64,000 nt of DNA from an uncultured Alphaproteobacteria bacterium (GCA_947053455.1 CAMRSV010000001.1:1-64000), one strand, 5' to 3'. Numbered from the stretch's first letter, positions 1-10,749 are shown. Notes: generated from the letters alone by a model not told the origin. Numbers and translations: made by a program.

Positions 1-2
1 TA

Positions 3-191
3 TGCGACGCGGGAATCGCCACATTGCATGTTGGCAGCGTATCAATACCATTATATAAATCACGAAATACCACACCATCACTTAATATAATGTATAATGG
101 ACAGGTATGCTATGGCGATTTAGTAAATGGCAATGCCGCCGGCGAATTAAACATAAATTATGATGGAAAAACATACCACACGGCCAAATAA
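3..191 (+). CDS. 3' end of a gene cut by the window edge; conserved C-terminal domain shared with the Cys-rich protein ending at 11160
   Basis: Manual translation of frame 3: CDAGIATLHVGSVSIPLYKSRNTTPSLNIMYNGQVCYGDLVNGNAAGELNINYDGKTYHTAK*; 36 of 63 aligned positions identical to the C-terminus encoded at 11160-11351. Confidence 0.85.
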   Translation, partial: CDAGIATLHVGSVSIPLYKSRNTTPSLNIMYNGQVCYGDLVNGNAAGELNINYDGKTYHTAK

Positions 192-216
192 AAATCCCGC
201 ATAATGCGGGATTCTA
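192..216. terminator. Bidirectional intrinsic terminator between convergent genes
   Basis: AATCCCGC-ataat-GCGGGATT hairpin with A-run on the left. Confidence 0.7.
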
Positions 217-1359
217 TCAAAACCAACCTTTCTTATCAGATTTCGTATCGGCAAATTCCTTTAATATCTTCTTTTGCTTTTCAGAAAGTTTTGTTGGAAT
301 TCGCGTCGCAATATCTATGTACATATCGCCAAACGACCCGGCACGTCGCCCGGGCATACCGTGACCACGAACGCGCAATTTTTCGCCAATCTGTGTTCCG
401 GCCGGCACCTTTACCGACAGCGTCTTGTCATCAATCGTTTCAACATCAATTTCGCCACCCAACGCCAATGTTGTAAACGGCACATCGATACGAGTGATTA
501 AATCCGCCCCTTGGCGTACAAAACGTTTATCCGGGCGTACACGCACATCCAGATAAAAATCACCCGCAGGCGCACCGTTTTGACCGGCCTCGCCCTGCCC
601 GGCCAAGCGCAGACGAGCCCCGTCTTCGATACCGGCAGGAATCTTTACATCAAGCGTCCGCTGCTTATGCACGGTGCCGTCGCCGCTGCATTCGGTACAT
701 TTTTTATCAATCTTGCGTCCCAAGCCATTACATTCGGGACATGGCGCCTCCATTGAAAAAAATCCCTGGCGTGTATGAACAAACCCAGTCCCGTGACAGT
801 TTTGACATTCCGGCGCCGGCTTGCCATCCGCCGTTCCAAACCCGTGGCATTTTTCACAGGTCGCGTTTGTTGAAAATTTAACCGTGTGCGTTTTTCCAAA
901 GTATGCATCACGCAGGTCGATTACAACCTCGTCCAACAAATCGCGACCCGCACGCGCCGCCGTTGCCCCGCGCCCCGCGCCGGCCGCCGACGCGCCAAAG
1001 CCATCAAAGCCAAAGCCGCGCATTGCCTCGCGCAGAATATCTTCCATGCCGCCAGCACCGCCCATATTAAAATGAAACGCCCCGTCACCAAACGGGTTTG
1101 CCCCAAATCCAGCCCCGGCCGATGCCCCGTTTCCACCCGCGAACGCCGCGTCACCAAAACGGTCGTATGCCGCCCGCTTTTGCGGGTCTTTTAATATATC
1201 AAACGCATTGTTAACTTCTTTGAATTTTTCTTCGGCCGACTTATCGTCTGGATTTTTATCCGGATGATATTTCATAACTAATTTATGATACGCTTTTTTA
1301 ATATCGGCATCTGATGCATCACGTGCAACACCCAAAACTTCGTAAGGATTTTTATTCAT
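217..1359 (-). CDS. dnaJ: Chaperone DnaJ
   Basis: J-domain HPD, G/F-rich region, four CxxCxGxG repeats; start moved to [10 protein letters not shown] (ATG at 1359). Confidence 0.97.
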   Translation of the reverse strand: MNKNPYEVLGVARDASDADIKKAYHKLVMKYHPDKNPDDKSAEEKFKEVNNAFDILKDPQKRAAYDRFGDAAFAGGNGASAGAGFGANPFGDGAFHFNMGGAGGMEDILREAMRGFGFDGFGASAAGAGRGATAARAGRDLLDEVVIDLRDAYFGKTHTVKFSTNATCEKCHGFGTADGKPAPECQNCHGTGFVHTRQGFFSMEAPCPECNGLGRKIDKKCTECSGDGTVHKQRTLDVKIPAGIEDGARLRLAGQGEAGQNGAPAGDFYLDVRVRPDKRFVRQGADLITRIDVPFTTLALGGEIDVETIDDKTLSVKVPAGTQIGEKLRVRGHGMPGRRAGSFGDMYIDIATRIPTKLSEKQKKILKEFADTKSDKKGWF

Positions 1360-1457
1360 TTCATAATTCCTGTTTATTTCCAAGATTATATAGGTTTAAT
1401 TATACACAAAATCAAGTCTATAAAAACAAAAAAGGATGGGAATATACCCATCCGTCA

Positions 1458-2051
1458 TCAACGCTTGTTCACACGTATGAAATCTGCGAACTCTGCCAAA
1501 CTTGCAAAGTTCATGGCGGCATACTTTTGGCGCGCCCGTTTAATTGCGCCTCTATTTGAAGATATAAATACCGGCGATGCGTTTACCATATACGCGCTAC
1601 GAATATTATGCATCGAATCATCCAAAACATACATGTGGTCAAACACAGGCTTTGCCCCGCGGTAAAAATTAATCTTTGGATTGTCCAACCCCAAAAGTTC
1701 ATATCTTTCAATTTTATTCATGCATTCCGCACGTGAACGATAAAATTTTTCCAATTCAACCGCATCAGATTCAAACGGCATTGTTGAACATACATTAACC
1801 GAACAATCATGCAGCCCCACCAAATATTCAATAGCCGTATCGGCACCTGGTAAAAATTTTGCATTTTCACGGCACTCGCGAATCAAATCAGACATTTTAT
1901 AAATAATTTCTGAACGATACGCATGTGAACAAAACTTTACCAGCATCGCAGATGCACGAAAATATCCGTATTTTTTAAACGCCGCCTTTATAACCAGTTC
2001 TTTAATCGGTTCAAAAACAACGCCATCTAAATCCAATATTATTTTTGCCAT
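1458..2051 (-). CDS. HAD-superfamily hydrolase-like protein
   Basis: N-terminal IILDLDGV motif I and VLDDS motif IV. Confidence 0.7.
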   Translation of the reverse strand: MAKIILDLDGVVFEPIKELVIKAAFKKYGYFRASAMLVKFCSHAYRSEIIYKMSDLIRECRENAKFLPGADTAIEYLVGLHDCSVNVCSTMPFESDAVELEKFYRSRAECMNKIERYELLGLDNPKINFYRGAKPVFDHMYVLDDSMHNIRSAYMVNASPVFISSNRGAIKRARQKYAAMNFASLAEFADFIRVNKR

Positions 2052-2151
2052 ATAATCATCCTTGCCCGGACAAACTACACAAAACCTGCCCCATTTGTCA
2101 AGAATTCTTTCACTTGCGAAAAATCAAATTTTGCGCTAATAATATCATGCT

Positions 2152-4131
2152 ATGACAGATACAAATACACATTCTTATGATGCATCAGACATCCAGGTTT
2201 TAGAAGGATTGGAACCCGTTCGACTGCGGCCGGGTATGTATATCGGCGGTACGGACGAAAAGGCGTGGCACCACCTGCCGGTGGAAATAATGGACAACTC
2301 TATCGACGAGGCGGTCGCCGGATTTGCAAAAAAAATATCAGTAAACCTGATTGATGCGAAAACAATCGAAATAACTGATGACGGACGCGGAATCCCGGTT
2401 GACGAACATCCAAAATACCCTGGGAAATCTGCACTTGAAGTTATACTTACCACACTGCATTCGGGCGGTAAATTTAATAATAATGTTTATAAGACAAGCG
2501 GTGGTCTGCACGGGGTCGGTTCGGCCGTTGTTAATGCATTAAGCGCAGAGATGATTGTCACCATTTCGCGCGAAGGCTATGAATGGCGCCAAACTTTTTC
2601 ACGCGGCAAACCAACCAGCCCAATGACACGCGGCGATGCAACACGCGCACACGGGACAAAAATCCGCTTTACAATCGATGATGAAATATTCGGTGCAAAC
2701 GCGGTTTTCAAACCGATAAAAATATATCGCATGGCGCAGGCAAAGTCTTTCTTGTCACGCGGTGTAAAAATAGAATGGAAATGCAATCCGCTACTCTTAA
2801 CCGAGGATATGGGAATCCCTGCCGACACAACATTTTATTATCCGAACGGTGTCGCCGACTTTTTGGAAGAAAAAACAAAATCCAAGCCGCGCATTTTACC
2901 GCGAATATTTAGCGGCTCTGTTGATTTCCCAGATGACACGGGACGTGTTGAATGGGCGCTGACATTCCTGACGGATGAAAATGGGGCGGCATCTGACGAT
3001 GGGTTCTTTTCATCATACTGCAACACAATTGCAACAATTGATGGTGGTACACATGAAACTGGATTTAAATCCGCTATTACCAAAGGGATAAAGGCATACG
3101 GCGAAAAAATCAACAACAAACAGGCCGCCGCAATTATCGGCGACGATGTTTTTGATTCGGTCGCAGCGATTGTTTCCGTATTTTACAAGACACCACAATT
3201 TTTGGGACAAACAAAAGAAAAATTGTCTAATCCAGAAGTTGCACGCTATACCGAAAATGCACTGCGCGATCCGTGGGAAATATTTCTGGCATCTGACCCG
3301 AAAACATCAAACGCGCTGCTGGAATTTGTAATAAACCTGGCAAATGCGCGCATTAAAACAAAACAGGTCAAAGATGTTGCCCGAAAAACGCCGACCAAGC
3401 GTATACGCATGCCGGCAAAACTGGCGGATTGTTCAAAGCATGGCATTGCCGGCACCGAACTGTTTATCGTAGAGGGCGAATCGGCGGGCGGTACCGCAAA
3501 ACAGGCTCGTGATCGCGCAACCCAGGCGATTATGCCCCTGCGCGGAAAGGTGCTGAACGTTATATCAAATTCTGACGAACGCTTTGGTGCGAACAAAGAA
3601 TTGAATGAACTGATTGAAATTATCGGTGCAGGAACCGCCAAGGATTGGAACGAAGACAAACTGCGCTATGAAAAAATAATCGTGATGACCGATGCCGACG
3701 TAGACGGCAGTCATATCGCATCACTGTTAATGGCGTTCTTTTACCAGCACATGCCGCAATTGATATATGGGGGGCACCTGTACCTGTCGTGTCCGCCGCT
3801 TTATAAACTGACATGCGGGACCGAATCAGTTTATGTTGATACAGACGAACAGTTGGAAGAATTAAAGAACGGCAAATACAAAAACAGAAAAATTGAAATT
3901 TCCCGCTTTAAAGGTCTTGGCGAAATGATGCCCAATCAGTTAAAGGAAACCACCATGTCGCCGAAAACACGCCGACTGATTCGTGTTGATTTGCCACCAC
4001 GTACCGCCGACGGCGCAGATGACACGGAAAAAACACGCACAATTGTTTCAGAATTGATGGGTAAAAAACCAGAATTTCGTTTCAAGTTCATAACCGAACA
4101 TGCGCAATTCGTCAAAGACCTGTTCGTATAA
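2152..4131 (+). CDS. parE: DNA topoisomerase IV subunit B
   Basis: VLEGLEPVRLRPGMYIGGTD, GHKL motifs, TOPRIM VEGESAGG/PLRGK/DADVDG, RFKGLGEM; 659 aa without the proteobacterial GyrB insertion. Confidence 0.9.
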   Translation: MTDTNTHSYDASDIQVLEGLEPVRLRPGMYIGGTDEKAWHHLPVEIMDNSIDEAVAGFAKKISVNLIDAKTIEITDDGRGIPVDEHPKYPGKSALEVILTTLHSGGKFNNNVYKTSGGLHGVGSAVVNALSAEMIVTISREGYEWRQTFSRGKPTSPMTRGDATRAHGTKIRFTIDDEIFGANAVFKPIKIYRMAQAKSFLSRGVKIEWKCNPLLLTEDMGIPADTTFYYPNGVADFLEEKTKSKPRILPRIFSGSVDFPDDTGRVEWALTFLTDENGAASDDGFFSSYCNTIATIDGGTHETGFKSAITKGIKAYGEKINNKQAAAIIGDDVFDSVAAIVSVFYKTPQFLGQTKEKLSNPEVARYTENALRDPWEIFLASDPKTSNALLEFVINLANARIKTKQVKDVARKTPTKRIRMPAKLADCSKHGIAGTELFIVEGESAGGTAKQARDRATQAIMPLRGKVLNVISNSDERFGANKELNELIEIIGAGTAKDWNEDKLRYEKIIVMTDADVDGSHIASLLMAFFYQHMPQLIYGGHLYLSCPPLYKLTCGTESVYVDTDEQLEELKNGKYKNRKIEISRFKGLGEMMPNQLKETTMSPKTRRLIRVDLPPRTADGADDTEKTRTIVSELMGKKPEFRFKFITEHAQFVKDLFV

Positions 4132-4391
4132 TGACATACGTACCGCCCCGCCCCAATATATTGTTATTACACACAACCCCATTGGGCGCGGCGCGAGTAC
4201 GGCGTAATTTATCACTTTGCCCGGACACAGACGTTGTGGATTTTGTACAACGCATTATGCACACGGTGCCAGATTGCAACATTATTCACCGCGGGAAAAA
4301 TTTTTATATACATACTTGCGACTTTATAATAACAATAAACGCACACAGCAACACAATTATCACTGCACATAAACACATACATAAATATTGA
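4131..4391 (+). CDS. DUF3781-like small protein
   Basis: LHTTPLGxxRVRRNL...RGKNFY...ITINAHSNTIITAH pattern; start overlaps the parE stop. Confidence 0.75.
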   Translation: MTYVPPRPNILLLHTTPLGAARVRRNLSLCPDTDVVDFVQRIMHTVPDCNIIHRGKNFYIHTCDFIITINAHSNTIITAHKHIHKY

Positions 4392-4444
4392 CAATTTATA
4401 TTTTTGTGCTTTAATTAATATCAAGCAGATATAAAAGGTGCAAA

Positions 4445-4873
4445 ATGTCCATATATAAAAATATAAATCATTTCGTTAAATCGGCATCATTTACCACAAA
4501 TTGCAGACCGGGAATATCAAACACCTACTTACTACACTTTTCGGACGCAAAATTGCCGATTAACCAGGAATATATAAAAAAATTTACGCGCAGCGGGGCA
4601 TCTCTAATTCAGACGGAATACAATGAAATCGTACCATATTTTGGTTCTGATTTGGCGCGAACCGTTATTGAATACCTAGACAAAGATACCGGCAAACCTG
4701 TAATCCTGCTGTTTCCGACAACGATACATATTTTTGACGGTTATAATGAAAAAAATTATATTCAGCACTTAAGCCGCCGCGCACAAAACGACTTCTACAG
4801 GCAAATGGAAATTCGTACGGCCATGATTGACAAATATATACAAGAAACCATGCATAAAAAAAGCTACATGTAA
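4445..4873 (+). CDS. Hypothetical protein
   Basis: 142-aa ORF with AAGGTG RBS, upstream TTGACA and downstream terminator. Confidence 0.7.
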   Translation: MSIYKNINHFVKSASFTTNCRPGISNTYLLHFSDAKLPINQEYIKKFTRSGASLIQTEYNEIVPYFGSDLARTVIEYLDKDTGKPVILLFPTTIHIFDGYNEKNYIQHLSRRAQNDFYRQMEIRTAMIDKYIQETMHKKSYM

Positions 4874-4907
4874 AACAAAACACCGCCCGGCTGGGCGGTG
4901 TTTTGTT
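4874..4907. terminator. Bidirectional intrinsic terminator
   Basis: AACAAAACACCGCCC-ggct-GGGCGGTGTTTTGTT. Confidence 0.85.
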
Positions 4908-4918
4908 AAAAGGCTTTA

Positions 4919-6295
4919 TTATTTTATACCGACACGGAATAAATCATCCCATCCGGCGACCACCTGGCCACCTACGGTGCAGCTTATATCCTCAAAACCG
5001 TTCTTTACCTGGCTCTTTTTTATTACGCTGCTTGTTATAAGTCCCCCTGCGGTACCAAGCACTACACCCGCTATGGAATCCGATGCAAGACGGGTCGTAT
5101 TAAACTTGCCTTCCTCGTTCTTCCATACAGTCTTTTCAAATCCTGCCGCTATACCTTTCGCGGATGCAGCCGCTTCCTTTATCTTGCTTCTGCTACCATC
5201 TTCTAGAGCTATTGTGCCGCCGGCCACACCTGTTTCTACGCATCGACCGTTGGCATCCATGGTTTTATTTGATTCTATGCACACGCATTTGCCCATAACA
5301 TAGTTCCATTGGGTTTCACTGCCCGCATTGCATGCCGTTATAACAGGATTTTCCACACACCTATCCTGTTGCCATATTTTTGTAGTATCACGACATATGC
5401 ACTTTTTCCCATCCCAATATGCCGTGTCAGCTCCAGCCTTTTGACAATTATCCCGCTCCAATTCTCCGTCCAACATTTTGCAGCTCTTTGTAGCGGCGTC
5501 AAATTTGTAATTATCATCTATGCATTCGCAAACTTTGCCAACAGTCTTTAGATTTTTTGACGCGTCACACACGCACGCACCATTAGACCATTTTCCACCA
5601 GATGCTTCACAACGAGCCTTATTAGGATTAGGCGCGGTTATGACGACCGGGTCTATTTGTATTTCTGGCATATTAGAATTTGGCGTTTCCTTGTTATTGT
5701 CATCATTGGAAATCACGCATGATCCATCTTGTGCGGTCATGCCGTCAATGCATTTTGTCGCTTTACAAATAAACTTCGGTCCACTTTGGCATACGCCTTC
5801 AAATTCTATACCATTTACATCAGATAATTGATAACCACTGCAATCAATCTTGGTTAAAGTACGGCAATTCTGGCCATTTTTGACGCATTCACCAACCTCA
5901 ACATCGCCAAATCCATCGGTAGCACAAATATTGTCATCAACAACAACCCATTTGTCATCTCCAAAAGCACCAACAATACATTGATAACGTTGCTTTCTGT
6001 TTACAACCCTACCCTCAAAAACATGGCGTCGCTGCATTTCAACAACATCGCCAACGCCACAACTACCACTATTGAATTGATCGCATTCATATCCTATACC
6101 GGCCCCAGAATTTTTATGCCCTGTATTTGTATATCCTTGAGCCGACATATCATACTGTTCTTTTGTTTCATACAAAAACTCATCATCACTTGGCGTCTGC
6201 AACCCTTCATAAGACAAGCTAACCGGGGAATTACAACCCGCATATGCAAATACAGGTAGCACAGTCATAATTAACGCAAATATGTATTTTTTCAT
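4919..6295 (-). CDS. Secreted Cys-rich protein with EGF-like CxC repeats and a C-terminal glycine-rich hydrophobic segment
   Basis: Signal peptide MKKYIFALIMTVLPVFAYA; repeated W..G.CxC motifs; SIAGVVLGTAGGLITS near the C-terminus. Confidence 0.85.
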   Translation of the reverse strand: MKKYIFALIMTVLPVFAYAGCNSPVSLSYEGLQTPSDDEFLYETKEQYDMSAQGYTNTGHKNSGAGIGYECDQFNSGSCGVGDVVEMQRRHVFEGRVVNRKQRYQCIVGAFGDDKWVVVDDNICATDGFGDVEVGECVKNGQNCRTLTKIDCSGYQLSDVNGIEFEGVCQSGPKFICKATKCIDGMTAQDGSCVISNDDNNKETPNSNMPEIQIDPVVITAPNPNKARCEASGGKWSNGACVCDASKNLKTVGKVCECIDDNYKFDAATKSCKMLDGELERDNCQKAGADTAYWDGKKCICRDTTKIWQQDRCVENPVITACNAGSETQWNYVMGKCVCIESNKTMDANGRCVETGVAGGTIALEDGSRSKIKEAAASAKGIAAGFEKTVWKNEEGKFNTTRLASDSIAGVVLGTAGGLITSSVIKKSQVKNGFEDISCTVGGQVVAGWDDLFRVGIK

Positions 6296-6453
6296 TCAAT
6301 CTCTCCATTAATGCGCAACCCAAGGATAATTTGAATGCGCCAACACATTGTTTTTATGACTATATTTTATCATAAATTCGGCCTCTTTCCAATCATGAAA
6401 TTAGCGTCACTAAAAAAACATTAACCTATTTTGACTGAATATTTGCCATTGTT

Positions 6454-7743
6454 TTATCTGCATTCGGCAATCAACTGTGATATTTGCGCGGACAAAACCA
6501 AATCTGTTTTCTTTAATTTTTCAATCTGACTAATCGCGTACAGAACTGTCGCATGATCACGGTCACCAACCATGCGCCCGATTTCTGTCAAAGACATATC
6601 TGTCGCCTGTTTTAGCACGGCCATCATTGTCTGACGCGCTAAAACCAGGCTACGGCTGCGTCCTGCACCACATACGGCATCATATGAAACGCCCAATTTT
6701 TCGCACATAGACTTGACCATTGCAATTGGTGTTTTTGATTTTTCCAAGGTATCTGCCAACAACCGTTGCGCAACATCCATATCAACCGTCGCGCCCATCA
6801 GTTCGCAATATGTCTTTATTTTAAGAGCAACGCCACCAACCAAATGTCCATTACCAGATATGCGGCGAGACAATGCGTCCGCAACATCCGATGCGACACC
6901 TGCACGCCGCAACATAACCGTACGAACATGCGTGTTCGGCAACGCCACATCCGCCACCAAGCCAGAGGCCAGCACCGCCTGCATGCGACGGTCAAACCCC
7001 GACAGGTTGTTCGGCGCCGCATTCGCAGTCAGAACAATGTTTTTTCCGGCCGCACGCAAATCCATAATCAGTTGCAAAAATTCCTCGCAGGTTGCGCGCT
7101 TGCCCGCCAGAGTGTGCACGTCATCCATAATAAAAGTATCACAATTGCGGCAATAATCTTTGAATGCAAATACCGTGCGGTCATGCAGACTGCGGGCGAA
7201 TTCTGAAACAAACTGGCCACCGGTCATCATGATTGTGCGACCAGACGCCGCCGCATTTATTGCACCCGCCAACAATGATTTCCCACACCCCGCCGGTCCA
7301 TAGATAAACAAAGGTGAAAACGCAACCGCACCAGATGCAATTTTTTTGCATGCCGACAAAACAAATGCGTTTTCATCGGATGCGACAAAATCATCAAACG
7401 CGGATGTATCGCGCACGGATTGAATTGTTTCATTTTTAACCGGCGAATAATGCTGAACATTATTGTCGTTTGCAATCGGTGTGTTTTTGGCGGTCGCGCC
7501 ACGCACACCAACATTCAAAGAAATTCCAAATTCCGTGGCAACTGCATTCAACACGCCGCCGTGTACGCTGTTTATAAAATCGGCAGAAAACTGATTTTGT
7601 GCGCGCAGCGTCAAAATATTATCGGCAAATTCGAAATCAAGCGGCGAAATCCAGGAAGAAAAACTTGCAGAATCCATTTTTGCGGCAATGGCCCCCTTGA
7701 TTTGCTCCAAGTTTGTCATTTGCTTTGTAGCCGCTACCTGCAT
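6454..7743 (-). CDS. dnaA: Chromosomal replication initiator DnaA (divergent)
   Basis: Domain I SFSSWISPL, AAA+ PLFIYGPAGCGKS / IMDDVH, domain IV GDRDHATVLYA; GGAG RBS. Confidence 0.93.
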   Translation of the reverse strand: MQVAATKQMTNLEQIKGAIAAKMDSASFSSWISPLDFEFADNILTLRAQNQFSADFINSVHGGVLNAVATEFGISLNVGVRGATAKNTPIANDNNVQHYSPVKNETIQSVRDTSAFDDFVASDENAFVLSACKKIASGAVAFSPLFIYGPAGCGKSLLAGAINAAASGRTIMMTGGQFVSEFARSLHDRTVFAFKDYCRNCDTFIMDDVHTLAGKRATCEEFLQLIMDLRAAGKNIVLTANAAPNNLSGFDRRMQAVLASGLVADVALPNTHVRTVMLRRAGVASDVADALSRRISGNGHLVGGVALKIKTYCELMGATVDMDVAQRLLADTLEKSKTPIAMVKSMCEKLGVSYDAVCGAGRSRSLVLARQTMMAVLKQATDMSLTEIGRMVGDRDHATVLYAISQIEKLKKTDLVLSAQISQLIAECR

Positions 7744-7991
7744 GCTGTTTCTCCTTTCCTTCCCTAAAAGAGTTTCTGCCCGTGCAAGAGTGTAAAAACC
7801 ACCCCTGCATAAACGCTAAATTTCACTTACCCGAATTATCAGATTCATAAAAATTTAGTGTTTATGCTGTTCCTACTTGTTTATACTCTCTCGCTTGTTT
7901 GTTTTGTGTTTCAATCACCCGTTAACACGATTGATAAGTTATAAAATAAAATCTGATTTGCAACCAAATGTTAAACAATTTTTTAACATTT
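7744..7991 (-). promoter_or_regulatory. Long structured dnaA leader, candidate promoter and upstream palindrome
   Basis: Stems 7807-7823/7851-7867, 7784-7808 and 7911-7934; TTGCAA-16-TAACTT on the minus strand; AAATGTTAAA-N6-TTTAACATTT at 7966-7991. Confidence 0.5.
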
Positions 7992-8064
7992 ATTTTTTGA
8001 CAACGATTCGTTTTTTTGCCCGTTTTCTGCGCCTTGTATATACACTGTATAGACATGAAAAGAA

Positions 8065-9087
8065 TCATATCCGAATATATCCGCCATCAACTTTTCGCAC
8101 CAAACCCTGCAATTCTAAAATAACCAAATCGCTTTTAATTTCCGAAATCGGTTTTTTGACAATCTGTGCCAATACAGATTCTGATACCGGATTTATCCCA
8201 AGTTTATCCAACAATGGATTTTCTGGCATAACTTTTTCTGAATTTTTTCCCATGGCCGCGTTTTTATCAACATTTTCGAAAAAGTCTACAGAACCGACAC
8301 ATAATTTGGCCAATCCCCCAGAAATCAAGGAATTTGGCCCGACACTTCTGGGGTCTGCGGGGTGTGACGGTATGGCCCATATATCACGGCCATATTCAAT
8401 TGCGAATCGTGCGGTTGTCATACTGCCGGATTTTTTATCCGCCTCGCCCAGAATAAGTTTTTGCGCGAGTCCCGCAATCCAGCGATTTCTTTGAACAAAA
8501 TTTGTTGCACTGGGGACAAACCCGACCGGCATTTCACTGATAACCGCACCATTTGAAACAATATCGTAATAAAGCGATTCGTTTTCCAACGGCCATATAT
8601 AATCCACCCCACCCGCCAAGACCGCAATTGTTGCAGTGCAACTATTTGAACGCAGGGCGCCGCGATGCGCCGCTGTATCCGTTCCCATGGCTAAACCACT
8701 TGCAACGGCATATCCGTTTTGCGCAAAATCCCGTGCAATATTCGCCATAAATCCCATGCCGGCGGCGGTTGCATGCCGCGTTCCAACCATTGAAACAACG
8801 GATCGACGCAATGTATCAAGATTCCCGCGTACCGTAATTACTGGCGGATGATTTTTTACCGCACGCAACGCGGCCGGATATAAATCGTCATCGTCACATA
8901 TATAATGTATACCCATTCGCGATGCGGCATCCATTTCACGCAAAATTGCGTCACGGCGATGTACATCCGCCCCGATTGAGGCCGCCGCCGCATCCGCGCC
9001 ACCGAAACGGCGCAATAAATCCGCATACTTGGCGGGTCCAACGCCCGGCGTTCTGATAATCAACAACTTATTAAATAAATCAGACAT
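8065..9087 (-). CDS. dprA: DNA-processing protein DprA
   Basis: YPxxL..PPVITVRG, MVGTR, SGLAMGTDTAAH, FVQRNRWIAG, SGSMTTA, C-terminal winged helix; start moved to MSDLFNK. Confidence 0.95.
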   Translation of the reverse strand: MSDLFNKLLIIRTPGVGPAKYADLLRRFGGADAAAASIGADVHRRDAILREMDAASRMGIHYICDDDDLYPAALRAVKNHPPVITVRGNLDTLRRSVVSMVGTRHATAAGMGFMANIARDFAQNGYAVASGLAMGTDTAAHRGALRSNSCTATIAVLAGGVDYIWPLENESLYYDIVSNGAVISEMPVGFVPSATNFVQRNRWIAGLAQKLILGEADKKSGSMTTARFAIEYGRDIWAIPSHPADPRSVGPNSLISGGLAKLCVGSVDFFENVDKNAAMGKNSEKVMPENPLLDKLGINPVSESVLAQIVKKPISEIKSDLVILELQGLVRKVDGGYIRI

Positions 9088-9190
9088 GATAAATGCAGTA
9101 TAAAAATTTATATGATTCCACAAAAGCGAAAATATCACCCACGCATAAAAAATGTCCGCAAAACCCGCGGACATTAAAATTATACATCTA

Positions 9191-10042
9191 TTACAAGTTC
9201 AAAAAATAGTTGTAATCGTATTCCTCGCATTCCTCGGGCTTGCCGTTTGCCCATTTGATATCTGTTCTTTCGCACTCGTCGCGCAATACACGCATATAAC
9301 GCATAAAGTTCTTGTAATCGTCGGAATCTTTTTCCGCCAACAATTGTGAACGCAAAAGTTCGTTTTCATTCAATTTCTTGTTTTTCTGCCCTTCAACCTT
9401 GCCGCCGATTGCCTTGTTTCCAAACAATTCCATCATGCCGACACCAATACCGACGCCACCCACAACGCCGCCAACCGTACCCCATGTGCGCCCCGATTTT
9501 TTAGCATCCAGAATGCGTTTTTCTATCTTGGATTCATCCGCCCATTCGCCACAGGTTATATCGCGCCCCATTTCATAATATTGTGTCGGAATATCAGCAA
9601 CCGATATTTTTGGGTCATCAGAACGTAATTCAACCTTTACAAAACATGTGTTGTTTTCTGGGTTGTCAGTATCTTCGACCATTGATGCATAATTGTTTGT
9701 ATTGCTGTACCGGGATGCCCAAACGAACGTGTTTCCAATGCCGATATTGTTCCCCAGACACGCCGCACGCTCCTTTTCCCGTTTATCTTTGTCCGCATTG
9801 TTATCGCCATTGGTGGCATTTGACGCGGGAATGTCGACCTGTTGACGTATGCTTGACTTATCAACAGTTGCGGCCGCATTCATATCACCCATTGCATTTA
9901 TCTGATTTTTAGACAGGGTTGTCGCACGTGGCGATGCGGTCATCTGTTCAGCCATTGAACGGCGCGCCATTGCCGTCTGTGTAACGGCGAAAGACGGGCT
10001 GACCCCACCTAATAAAACCACAGCGCATATAAACTTTTTCAT
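9191..10042 (-). CDS. Secreted hypothetical protein with glycine-zipper-like segment
   Basis: Signal peptide MKKFICAVVLLGGVSPSFA; WGTVGGVVGGVGIGVGMM segment. Confidence 0.8.
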   Translation of the reverse strand: MKKFICAVVLLGGVSPSFAVTQTAMARRSMAEQMTASPRATTLSKNQINAMGDMNAAATVDKSSIRQQVDIPASNATNGDNNADKDKREKERAACLGNNIGIGNTFVWASRYSNTNNYASMVEDTDNPENNTCFVKVELRSDDPKISVADIPTQYYEMGRDITCGEWADESKIEKRILDAKKSGRTWGTVGGVVGGVGIGVGMMELFGNKAIGGKVEGQKNKKLNENELLRSQLLAEKDSDDYKNFMRYMRVLRDECERTDIKWANGKPEECEEYDYNYFLNL

Positions 10043-10158
10043 TTTCCCACCCTGCATTATTATTAATTTATTATATCACAAAAATGCAAAAAAATAAAGT
10101 CTAAAAACCTTTAAATTATTAAAAAAGCCACAAAAATATGTGGCTTTGTTTATGTGTT

Positions 10159-10749
10159 TTATTTCTTCCACTTCCATTCTATTTTCGATTCGGTTCCCGA
10201 CAACAACCGCTTGATATTTTCACGATGGCGGAACAGGCACAATAAACCAATCGCCAAGAATGCAAAACCGATTCGGATATCTATGGCAAATCCCAATACC
10301 GGCATAAGACAGAACGCAACAACCGCCCCCAACGAAGAGTAACCACTGGTCAAAGCCACAATCAGCCATTCAATCGCACATATTGCAAATGACAGCGGGC
10401 TTACCGCTAACAAAACACCAAATAGTGACGATATTCCCTTGCCGCCATGAAAACGCAGCCAAATCGGATAACAATGTCCAACAATCGCCGCAAAACCGCA
10501 CCATGCGCCAAACCAGTCACCCAGAACAGCATTTCCGATAAAAACCGCTGCAATTGCCTTGGACATATCCAGAAGCCATGTCGCCGCCGCCATACGCAAT
10601 CCACCGACACGCATTACGTTTGTTGCACCAATGTTTCCACTGCCCACCTTGCGCAAATCGCCCTTGCCTGCTAATTTGGTTAAAATTAGTCCCATGGGTA
10701 TGCTGCCCAGTAAATAAGACGCCAATATTGTAATTACAGGTAATATCAT
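10159..10749 (-). CDS. plsY: Glycerol-3-phosphate acyltransferase PlsY
   Basis: YLLGSIP, GSGNIGATN, GHCYP..F.GGKG, HRENIKRL..GTE. Confidence 0.97.
   Translation of the reverse strand: MILPVITILASYLLGSIPMGLILTKLAGKGDLRKVGSGNIGATNVMRVGGLRMAAATWLLDMSKAIAAVFIGNAVLGDWFGAWCGFAAIVGHCYPIWLRFHGGKGISSLFGVLLAVSPLSFAICAIEWLIVALTSGYSSLGAVVAFCLMPVLGFAIDIRIGFAFLAIGLLCLFRHRENIKRLLSGTESKIEWKWKK

Noticed and set aside
1384-1457. CIRCE heat-shock operator upstream of dnaJ
   Set aside because: No TTAGCACTC-N9-GAGTGCTAA; only a sigma70-like TTGATT-17-TATAAT
2152-4131. gyrB assignment
   Set aside because: Length, absence of the proteobacterial GyrB insertion and the LEPVR..PGMYIGGTD start fit alphaproteobacterial ParE better
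7971-7987. CtrA box
   Set aside because: TTAA half-sites are 8 nt apart rather than the consensus 7
7744-8064. oriC next to dnaA
   Set aside because: No cluster of canonical DnaA boxes seen and skew cannot be judged from this window; kept only as a regulatory leader
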